From Candidatus Marinacidobacterium sp. (GTDB lineage Bacteria; Acidobacteriota; Vicinamibacteria; Marinacidobacterales; Marinacidobacteraceae), in NCBI GenBank assembly GCA_965220965.1, contig OZ244852.1, positions 736,001-800,000 of the forward strand: 64,000 nucleotides of DNA, in the 5' to 3' direction. The notes below the pieces were generated by a model. That model had not been told where the DNA came from. It saw only the letters and a program-made list of their open reading frames with translations, and did not search any database. This document shows positions 9,347-17,108 of this stretch, one piece after another. The stretch's first letter is position 1, and every line of letters begins with the position of its first letter. A program made the position numbers and the translations under genes.

Positions 9347-10980
9347 GGCTCGGGGGTCCCCGCGCCCCGCCTCAGACGAATCCGGCCCGGCGCTTCCGGC
9401 GCTGGAAACGTCTCTCGCGCTCCGTCCGACCACGCGACAGCGATGCGGCGGATCGACGTTCCGGCCGGGAGCGCGAAGTGCGCGGCCGGGTCCGAGGAGC
9501 TCAGGTAGGAGACGCCCGGGTTCGCGGGGGCGGCGCGGAGGCCGTCGCCGGTCTCGAGAACCACGGTGGCGGCGTGGTCGGGCCGCGGTGGATCGCCGGA
9601 CACCGGCAGGACCGAGAGCCAGCCGTCCGCTTCCGAGTCGTTGCGAAGGATGCGCGCGGGTCCGCCGGCGGCGTTCAGCGCCAGGTCCAGGTCGCCGTCT
9701 CCATCGAAGTCGCCGGCCGCCAGGCCGCGCCCCACGGTGCGCAAGTCCCGGAGTTCGGGGGATGCGGGCCCGGCGTCCCGGAAGCCGTCGGCGCTTCCCT
9801 CGAGGAGCAGCAGCGCTTCCTCGTACTGAGCGAAGTGGGGGGAGCGCGGGGGCTCGCCCGCCGGTCGCGCGACCCGCCCGTTCGCGATCACCGCGTCGGG
9901 GCCGCCTGCACCGTCGAGGTGGGCCAGGACGACCCCGAACCCGGTGGCCGCCAGACCGAGCCGCCCGAACCCGAACCGGATGCTCGCGTCCACGAACCCG
10001 ATCCCCGGCTCCGCCAGGTAGGCGGTGTTCGTCTCGTCGGCGAAGTGGGTGAGCAGCAGGTCCAGGTCGGCGTCGCCATCCAGGTCGCCGAGGCCGATCC
10101 CCATCCCGGCTTCCGGACGACCGAAGCCGCTGAGCGCGGCGCCGAGGAGCAGCGCTTCCTCCTGAAACGTCCCGTCCCCCTGGTTCACCCAGAGGTGGTT
10201 CGCCTCGGTGTCGTTCGCGACGTAGAAGTCCGGGCGCCCGTCGCCGCTGAAGTCATGACAGACGACGCCCAGGCCGCGGGCGCGGAATGCGGCGATCCCC
10301 GACTCGCGGCTCCGGTCCTCGAACGTCCCGTCGCCCCGGTTGCGGTAGAGCCGGTCCGACAGTCCACCGATCTGCGTCGGTCCGCAGTAGTCCTCGGCTC
10401 CACCGGCGGCGTGGCAGGTGAAGCCCGGGTCGTAGTCCATGTAGCGCGTCACGAAGAGGTCGAGCCATCCGTCGCCGTCGATGTCGCAGGCGGTCGCGGA
10501 GGCCGACCAGCCGTCGGTGGGCGGAAGCCCGGGCGCCGGCTCGAAGCGCAGGTCGCCGTCGTTCCGGAGCAGGACGGCGCCGCCGAAGCCGGTGCGCAGC
10601 AGGTCCGGGTCGGCGTCCCCGTCGAAATCGAAGGCCGTCGTCCCCATGCCGTAGGCGGGGAATTCCGGAAGCGCCGGGCCGGGAGCGAACCGTCCGTCTC
10701 CGAGCCCGCGGTAAAGCTCGTCGGGGCCCCGTCCCTGGACGAGGTGGAGGTCGGGGACCCCGTCGCCGTCGGCGTCGAAGACCGCGACGCCCGAGCCCAT
10801 GATCCGCGGCATGAAGTAGGGCGGTTGCGCCTCCTCGCCGCGGCCGGTTCGGTGGACGAAGGCGACGCCGGACGACCCGGTCACGTCGGTGAACCGGGGC
10901 TGGGCGCGCGCCGGCGAGGGGAGGGATCCGGCGGCGAGCGCCGTGAGCACTGCCAGCGGGAGGAGGCGGGGGAGCTTCAG
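9343..10980 (-). CDS. CRTAC1 family protein (FG-GAP repeats plus ASPIC/UnbV); probable CTG start
   Basis: FTDVT..SG, repeated DxDGDGxxDL motifs, AGMGI, SYLSSSDP..HF; signal peptide begins at a CTG overlapping the upstream TGA. Confidence 0.88.
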   Translation of the reverse strand: MKLPRLLPLAVLTALAAGSLPSPARAQPRFTDVTGSSGVAFVHRTGRGEEAQPPYFMPRIMGSGVAVFDADGDGVPDLHLVQGRGPDELYRGLGDGRFAPGPALPEFPAYGMGTTAFDFDGDADPDLLRTGFGGAVLLRNDGDLRFEPAPGLPPTDGWSASATACDIDGDGWLDLFVTRYMDYDPGFTCHAAGGAEDYCGPTQIGGLSDRLYRNRGDGTFEDRSRESGIAAFRARGLGVVCHDFSGDGRPDFYVANDTEANHLWVNQGDGTFQEEALLLGAALSGFGRPEAGMGIGLGDLDGDADLDLLLTHFADETNTAYLAEPGIGFVDASIRFGFGRLGLAATGFGVVLAHLDGAGGPDAVIANGRVARPAGEPPRSPHFAQYEEALLLLEGSADGFRDAGPASPELRDLRTVGRGLAAGDFDGDGDLDLALNAAGGPARILRNDSEADGWLSVLPVSGDPPRPDHAATVVLETGDGLRAAPANPGVSYLSSSDPAAHFALPAGTSIRRIAVAWSDGARETFPAPEAPGRIRLRRGAGTPEP

Positions 10981-12263
10981 CGGCGAAGCACCGACCGGGG
11001 GCCGATGTCGGCGAGCGTGGGCGTCCCGGCGAGCTGCATCGCGAGCCGCAGCTCGGCGCGCAGCATCCGGAGCACGGCTTCGACTCCCGCCTGCCCGAAC
11101 GCCGCCAGCCCCCACAGATAGGCGCGTCCCACCAGCACCGCGTCGGCGCCGAGCGCCAGCGCCTTGAAGATGTCCACGCCCCGGCGGATGCCGCTGTCGA
11201 AGATCACCGGGATCCTCCCGCCGATCGTCTCCACGACTTCGGGGAGGCTGTCGAGCGACCCGATGCCGCTCTCCTCGGCGCGCCCGCCGTGGTTCGAGAC
11301 GACGAGGCCGTCCACGCCGTGTTCGAGGCAGAGCGCGGCGTCCTCGGCGGTCACGATCCCCTTGAGCAGGATGCGCATCGAGGTCGTGTCGCGGAGGCGG
11401 CGAACGACGTCCCAGGTGAGCGCCGGCTGGTTCAGCCCGGCGAAGCGGCTCCGGCCCGAGGAGTCCTCGACGTCGATGCCGTCGAACATGCTCTTCCGGG
11501 AGACGTAGTTCGCGAAGCCCGGCCGGTGGCAGGTCGTGCACTCCCGGTTGTCGAGCCGGGCGGCGAGTTCCGTGGTGATCCGGTTGCTCCCCGCCGGCAG
11601 GTCCACGGTGAGCACGAGGGCGGGACACCCTGCGGCCTCCGCCCGCGCCACGAGCTGCTTCGTGACATCGAAGGAGGTCGTGGGGTAGAGCTGGTACCAG
11701 ACCGGCTCGCCGCGCGCCTCGTTGACCTCCTCGATCCCGGCGGTGGTGACCGTCGAGAGCAACTGGAGGTGGTCCACCTCTCCGGCGGCCCGCGCCACCG
11801 CGACCTCGCCCTCGGGATGGAACGCTTTCTGGCTGCCGCAGGGCGCGATCCCGATCGGCGAGGTCCATTCCCGGCCGAAGAGCGAGACCGACATGTCCGG
11901 GTCGGAGACATCCACCAGGCGGCGCGCGCGGATGCCGACGCGCTCGAAGGCCTCGCGATTCGCCGCCAGCGTCCCCTCGCCGTCGACCCCGGTGGCGATG
12001 TAGCCGTAGTGCGCCGGGGGCAGGTTCGCCTCCGCGACGGCGCGGAAGTCGAAGATGTCGGCGGCCTCTTCCGGGTTCGAGACTGGCGTCCGGGGGAAGC
12101 CGGTGTAACCGAAGCGCTCCCCGCCTCCCGACGGCGGCGGCGCGGGCGCCGCGACCGGATCGGTGCGGCGCTCCCAGCATCCGGCGGCGAGCAGCAGCGG
12201 GCTTCCCGCGAGGTAACGGAGGAGCCGCCGCCGGGCGGCGAGCGGAGTCTCGGGCGTCGGCAT
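10977..12263 (-). CDS. FMN-dependent alpha-hydroxy-acid oxidase/dehydrogenase with Tat/lipoprotein signal and CxxCH
   Basis: WYQLY, LTVD, LKGI, VSNHGGR, DSGIRRGVD..KALALGA motifs; N-terminal ARRRLL...LAAGC. Confidence 0.92.
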   Translation of the reverse strand: MPTPETPLAARRRLLRYLAGSPLLLAAGCWERRTDPVAAPAPPPSGGGERFGYTGFPRTPVSNPEEAADIFDFRAVAEANLPPAHYGYIATGVDGEGTLAANREAFERVGIRARRLVDVSDPDMSVSLFGREWTSPIGIAPCGSQKAFHPEGEVAVARAAGEVDHLQLLSTVTTAGIEEVNEARGEPVWYQLYPTTSFDVTKQLVARAEAAGCPALVLTVDLPAGSNRITTELAARLDNRECTTCHRPGFANYVSRKSMFDGIDVEDSSGRSRFAGLNQPALTWDVVRRLRDTTSMRILLKGIVTAEDAALCLEHGVDGLVVSNHGGRAEESGIGSLDSLPEVVETIGGRIPVIFDSGIRRGVDIFKALALGADAVLVGRAYLWGLAAFGQAGVEAVLRMLRAELRLAMQLAGTPTLADIGPRSVLRR

Positions 12264-12428
12264 GGGTGGTCGGTCGGCGCCGCCGTGACGCCGGCTCCCG
12301 GCGGAGCGTATGCGGCGGCGGAAGGGGCTTCAACCCGGCGGGGCGTCGCCGGGGCCCCGGCGATCGCGCGGTATCGCGCTTGCAACCGCCTCGGGACGGC
12401 AGTCATGCTGTCGGCCGGAGGTGAGATC

Positions 12429-13523
12429 GTGCGCACCCTGCTGATGCGCGTCCTCGTCGGCGCCGCGCTCGTCTTCGGGCTCGTCGCCTGCGCCGGAGCG
12501 CCGGAGCCGGTCGCGCCGGCCGCCGGATCGGCCAGCTCGAACGGCTTTCCGGGGGCGGCCTGGGAGCGGATCGAGGATCCCCGCGCGGCCGGGTTCGACC
12601 CCGACGCGCTGGCGGACATCCGGCCTTACGTGGACGGCCTCAACACGACGGCCGTCATGGCGGTCGTCGGCGGGCGGGTGCTCTACGAGCAGGGCCCGGT
12701 GGACGCGCTCAGCTACCTGGCTTCGGTGCGGAAGAGCGTTCTCGCCATGCTCTACGGCGCCTACGTGGCGTCGGGGGAGATCGACCTCGAGCTGACGCTG
12801 GAGGACCTGGGGATGGACGATGTGGAGGGCCTCCTCCCCATCGAGCGGCGGGCGAGGGTGCTCGACCTGGTGACCGCCCGCTCCGGCGTCTACCACCCGG
12901 CCTCGAACGCCGGCGACAACCTCGCGGATGCTCCGCCGCGCGGAAGCCAGGAACCGGGAACGTATTACCTCTACAGCAACTGGGACTTCAACGCCGCCGG
13001 GGCGGTCTTCGAGCAGCTCACCGGACACAACATCTACGACGCGCTGGAGGCGGATCTCGCGGAGCCCCTCGGGTTCCAGGACTGGGACCGCTCGATCCAC
13101 AGCAAGTCGGGGGATGCGTCGAGGTCCCGCAACCTCGCCTACCACATGACGCTCTCCACCCGGGACATGGCGCGCATCGGCCTGCTGATGCTGCGCGACG
13201 GCGTCTGGGCCGGGGACCGCATCCTGCCGGAGGGGTGGGCGGAGCGCATCTCGAGCGTCATCACGCCCTCGGAGGAGATGAACCCCGACAACCTGCGCGG
13301 CGGGGAGTTCGGCTACGGCATGATGTGGTGGGTGTGGGACGGCCCCGACGTCCCCGAGGGCTTCGAGGGGGCGTACACCGGCCGCGGCGCCTACGGGCAA
13401 TACATCACCGTCATCCCGTCGCTCGACATGGTGGTGGCGCACAAGACGGCGCCGCCCGAGCGCACGCCGTGGGACGACTACATGGGAGTCCTGACGCGTC
13501 TGGTCGCCGCGCGCGGAGGGTGA
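12429..13523 (+). CDS. Serine hydrolase (beta-lactamase class C-like) lipoprotein
   Basis: SVRK (SxxK), YSNWDFN, RDMARIG, GAYGQ; lipobox LVAC; GGAGGT SD before GTG. Confidence 0.9.
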   Translation: MRTLLMRVLVGAALVFGLVACAGAPEPVAPAAGSASSNGFPGAAWERIEDPRAAGFDPDALADIRPYVDGLNTTAVMAVVGGRVLYEQGPVDALSYLASVRKSVLAMLYGAYVASGEIDLELTLEDLGMDDVEGLLPIERRARVLDLVTARSGVYHPASNAGDNLADAPPRGSQEPGTYYLYSNWDFNAAGAVFEQLTGHNIYDALEADLAEPLGFQDWDRSIHSKSGDASRSRNLAYHMTLSTRDMARIGLLMLRDGVWAGDRILPEGWAERISSVITPSEEMNPDNLRGGEFGYGMMWWVWDGPDVPEGFEGAYTGRGAYGQYITVIPSLDMVVAHKTAPPERTPWDDYMGVLTRLVAARGG

Positions 13524-13562
13524 GGGCCTCAGAGATCATGGTGTTCCCAGGGAGGTGAGACG

Positions 13563-14675
13563 ATGCGTTTGCTGATGTTCCGGATATCGATCGGCGCCCT
13601 CGTTCTCGCCGGGTCCGTTTTCGCGGCGGCCGTCCACGAGGCGGAAGCGCAGGAGATGCCTGACCGCCGGGCGAGGTGCGCGCCGGACGCGGTTCCCGAG
13701 GTGGTGGCCGAGGACCTGATGTTCCAGGGAATGTGCGGCGGCGCGCTCACCGCCGTAGAGGCGGCGGAACTCGAACTCCGTCTGGAGGCGGCGCCGGACG
13801 ACCTGAAGACGCGGGCGCGCCTGCTCGGGTATCTGATGCTCCAGCCCCCCGGCGCGGGAGTGCGGCGAAATCGTACGGAGCACGCACTCTGGTTCATCCG
13901 GAACGAACCGGAGCTTCGCATCAGCGGGAGTCCCTTCGTTCACATCATGGGACCCGAGACGGCGCGGGCCGCCGCGCGCCAGGTCTGGGCGGAGCATCTG
14001 GAGCGGGATCCGGAGAATCTGGCGATCCTGCGGAACGCCGCCTGGTTCCACTCGCTGCCTTCCGCAGACGGAAACGAAGCCATCGAACTCCTGGAGCGTG
14101 GTCGCCGGCTCGATCCGACGAACCCCCACTGGTCCCGGCAGTTGGGACAACTGACGGAGTGGGACCCCCGCTCCGGACCCGAGAAGGAGCCCGAGCGGGC
14201 GCGTCAGTCCCTCGACCACTACGAGCGGGCGTGGGAGCTCTCCGACCTCTCCGGACGGGATCGGCTCCTCGAGCAGCTCGCCTGGGCTGCGCTCGAAGCC
14301 GGGGAGCTCGGCAAGGCCCGCGAGTACGCCGAGGCGATGCTGGTGGAGTACCCGGCCGAGGGCAATCTGACTGGCCACCTCCAACACGGCAATATGGTTC
14401 TGGGGCATCTGGCGCTGGCCGAGGGGGACATCGAGGAGGCGAAGGTCCGGCTGCTGGCCGCGGTCGAAACCGGTGGGACAGGCAGGCCAGGCTCTTTCCG
14501 GCCGTTCATGGGGCTCGCGAAGAAGCTGTTGGAGCGGGGCGAATCCGCGGTCGTGCTCGCCTACCTCGAGCGGGCCAGTGAACTGTGGACGAGGCGCGCC
14601 CCGAGAATCGCCGAATGGACGCGCGCGGTGGAAGCTGGCGAGATGCCCGACTTCGGACCCTATGCCATCCGCTGA
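13563..14675 (+). CDS. Secreted TPR-like helical protein, paralog 1 (370 aa)
   Basis: Signal peptide; RARLLGY, WFIRNEP, LAKKLLERGE; GGAGGT SD; paralogous to the next gene. Confidence 0.8.
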   Translation: MRLLMFRISIGALVLAGSVFAAAVHEAEAQEMPDRRARCAPDAVPEVVAEDLMFQGMCGGALTAVEAAELELRLEAAPDDLKTRARLLGYLMLQPPGAGVRRNRTEHALWFIRNEPELRISGSPFVHIMGPETARAAARQVWAEHLERDPENLAILRNAAWFHSLPSADGNEAIELLERGRRLDPTNPHWSRQLGQLTEWDPRSGPEKEPERARQSLDHYERAWELSDLSGRDRLLEQLAWAALEAGELGKAREYAEAMLVEYPAEGNLTGHLQHGNMVLGHLALAEGDIEEAKVRLLAAVETGGTGRPGSFRPFMGLAKKLLERGESAVVLAYLERASELWTRRAPRIAEWTRAVEAGEMPDFGPYAIR

Positions 14676-14741
14676 CCGGGCGAGCCTTCCGACTCAGGAC
14701 TTCGCGGGCCGATGCGTGGCGGCGCCCGCCAGGAGGTGAGA

Positions 14742-15854
14742 ATGCGTTCCCTGATGTTCGGGACATCGATCGGGGTTGTGGTTCTCGCCGGGCTGGTGCT
14801 CCCGGCGGCCGTCCACGACACGGAAGCCCAGGAGTTCCCCGACTTCGGGGAGATGTGTGATCCGGGGCCTGCGTTCGAGTTTCTGGCCGAGAACCTGACG
14901 ATTCAGGCCGCGTGCGGCGGCGAACTCACCGCCGAGCAGGCCGCCGGCCTCGAACGCCGCCTGGAGGAGGCGCCCGCCGATCTCAAGGCGCGGGCCCGCC
15001 TGCTCGGATACCTCGATCGCCGGTACGAGGACGCGGCCGCGCAGCGGAAGCGCCTGGAGCTTGCCCTCTGGTTCATCCGGAACGAGCCCGGGCTCGAGTT
15101 CACCGGAAGCTCGTTCGCCGAGATCATCAGACCTTACGCCGAAGACGCCTGGCTTACCGCTCGTCAGCTCTGGCTCGCGCACCTCGAAGCGCATCCCGAT
15201 GATCCGGCGATTCTCCGAAACGCCGCCGGTTTCTTCACCATGGACGAGCGGGAGATGTCCGCCGAGCTCCTCGAGCGCGGCGCCCGGCTGGAGCCGACGA
15301 ACCCGCACTGGCCGCGGGAACGGGGCCATCTGGCCGAACTGGGCGAAATCGGCGACGATGGCCGCGATCCGGAGCGGGCGCGCGAGGCGCTCGCTCACTA
15401 CGAGCGCGCCTGGGAGCTCTCGGACCTCTCCGGGCGGGACAACCTGCTGGAACAGCTCGCCTGGGCCGCGCTCGACGCCGGGGAGGACGGCAAGGCCCGC
15501 GAATACGCCGAGGCGATGCTGGTGGAGTATCCGGACGAGGGCAATCTGGAGGCCCACACCCACAACGGCAACATCGTGCTGGGGCGCCTCGCGCTGGCGG
15601 ACGGCGACATCGAGGAGGCGAAGGCCCGCCTGCTGGCCGCCGCCGAGACGGACGCGTCACCGGTGCTCGCCTCCTTCGGCCCGGAGTTCGGGCTCGCGAA
15701 GGAGCTGCTGGAGCTGGGGGAATCCGAGACGGTTCTGGGCTACCTGCGGCGGTGCGGCGAGTTCTGGGAGATGGGAGCCGAGCCGTTGGCCGAATGGATC
15801 CGCGCGATCGAGGCGGGCGAAACCCCCGACTTCGGCCGATACGCCAGGCGCTGA
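14742..15854 (+). CDS. Secreted TPR-like helical protein, paralog 2 (370 aa)
   Basis: Same motifs plus HNGNIVLGRLAL and LASFGPEFGLAKELL; GGAGGT SD before ATG 14742. Confidence 0.82.
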   Translation: MRSLMFGTSIGVVVLAGLVLPAAVHDTEAQEFPDFGEMCDPGPAFEFLAENLTIQAACGGELTAEQAAGLERRLEEAPADLKARARLLGYLDRRYEDAAAQRKRLELALWFIRNEPGLEFTGSSFAEIIRPYAEDAWLTARQLWLAHLEAHPDDPAILRNAAGFFTMDEREMSAELLERGARLEPTNPHWPRERGHLAELGEIGDDGRDPERAREALAHYERAWELSDLSGRDNLLEQLAWAALDAGEDGKAREYAEAMLVEYPDEGNLEAHTHNGNIVLGRLALADGDIEEAKARLLAAAETDASPVLASFGPEFGLAKELLELGESETVLGYLRRCGEFWEMGAEPLAEWIRAIEAGETPDFGRYARR

Positions 15855-15867
15855 GCCGGCGCCGGAC

Positions 15868-16995
15868 TCAGATCCGGATCCGGCGCGCCACCTGACCGTT
15901 GTTCTCCCACGGGGTGGCCTTCCGGTGGGAGGCCTCCGCCTCGGTGGGCTGGAGGCCGCGGGCGTCGCGCGCCCGCGAGACGAGCGTGTGCTCACCCGGC
16001 GCGGGGGCGCGCCAGTCGAGCGCGAAGTGGCGGAACCCGAACCGGTGCGCCCCCGGCGCTAATTCGGTGGCCCGCCACGGGCCTTCGTCCACCTGGACTT
16101 CCACACCGCTGACCGGCTCGCTCCCGTCATTCCAGGCCAGCCCGCTGATCCGGAGGTCGCCCCCCGTCGATGGTTCGACCCGGGTGACCAGCGACTTGAG
16201 TCGCATGCGCCCGATGGCGCTGGCCTCGTGGACCACCCCCGCCGGGGTCTCCACTCCCCGGACCGTCACGTAGTCCTTGGCCTGGAACCAGCCGGCGAAG
16301 CGGGTGGGCCAGACCTCGATCCGCTCGACCCACTTGACCTGCGCGACGCCGTAGAAGCCGGGGACGACGAGGCGGAGCGGACCCCCGTGTTCCGGGGGCA
16401 GCGGCTCGCCGTTCATGGTGTCGGCGAGCAGCGCCCCCGGCGCGAGCGCGTCGGCCAGCGGGAGGCTGCGGGCGAAGCGGGCGGGGTAGCGGTTGCCTCG
16501 GAGCCGCTCCTCGGCGTGGTCGGCGCCGAAGAAGACGACATCGCGGTCGTCCGGGCCGACGAGGCCATCGAGGAGCGGAGCGAGCGGCGTCCCGCCCCAG
16601 CGCGCCGCTCCCACCAGCCCGTGCATCCCCACGCCGCCGTTGCCGCAGCACTCGAAGAGAGCGACCGATTCGCGGCGTGGCGGCCGGGCGAGCTCGGCGA
16701 GAGTCAGCTCGCGCACCGGGGGCTCGCCGCGCTTTCCGATGCGGACCCGGAACTCCGGGCGGTCCAGCCGGGGAATCTCCCCGTGGTGGAGGACGAAGAA
16801 ATCCTCGTTGCTCACCGTCTCGCCGGTCACCCCGGTGAGGTCGGTGAACCGGGCTCTCACCCCCTCGGGCAGCGGGGCCAGATCGGCCCAGGGCAGGGGA
16901 GAGGCCGCCTGGAGGAGCGGTCGGCCGCCTCCGGCCACGCTCCGTCCCAGCAACGGCGCTCCGGCCAGCGCGGCGAGGACGTCCCGGCGGCGCAC
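15868..16995 (-). CDS. Sulfite-oxidase-family molybdopterin oxidoreductase, Tat-exported
   Basis: RRRDVL Tat-like motif; ECCGN (Mo-ligand Cys), MNGEPLPPEHGGPLRLVVPG.YG...VKW; C-terminal Ig-like dimerisation domain. Start GTG 16995 is inferred. Confidence 0.88.
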   Translation of the reverse strand: MRRRDVLAALAGAPLLGRSVAGGGRPLLQAASPLPWADLAPLPEGVRARFTDLTGVTGETVSNEDFFVLHHGEIPRLDRPEFRVRIGKRGEPPVRELTLAELARPPRRESVALFECCGNGGVGMHGLVGAARWGGTPLAPLLDGLVGPDDRDVVFFGADHAEERLRGNRYPARFARSLPLADALAPGALLADTMNGEPLPPEHGGPLRLVVPGFYGVAQVKWVERIEVWPTRFAGWFQAKDYVTVRGVETPAGVVHEASAIGRMRLKSLVTRVEPSTGGDLRISGLAWNDGSEPVSGVEVQVDEGPWRATELAPGAHRFGFRHFALDWRAPAPGEHTLVSRARDARGLQPTEAEASHRKATPWENNGQVARRIRI

Positions 16996-17108
16996 GGATT
17001 CAGGCCGTTCCGGAGAGGTAGGGCGCGACGCCGCCCTTCCCCACGGGCGACCCCCCGTCCCGGGTCGGGGAGAGGCGCTGACCGCGTCCCTCCCCGCCCG
17101 GGATCCCG

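Noticed and set aside
9343-12333. 996-aa ORF read as one giant protein (similarly the N-terminal extensions of 393-3167, 20062-22515, 26007-28301, 30112-31593, 47246-50368, 59275-61434)
   Set aside because: The N-terminal parts are Arg/Pro/Gly-rich off-frame read-through of neighbouring genes; real starts are downstream.
12429-13523. Antibiotic-resistance beta-lactamase (also the MBL domain in 42598-44112 and the C-terminal domain of 53006-55912)
   Set aside because: Motifs fit broad serine-hydrolase and MBL-fold families, with no mobile context or class-specific signature.
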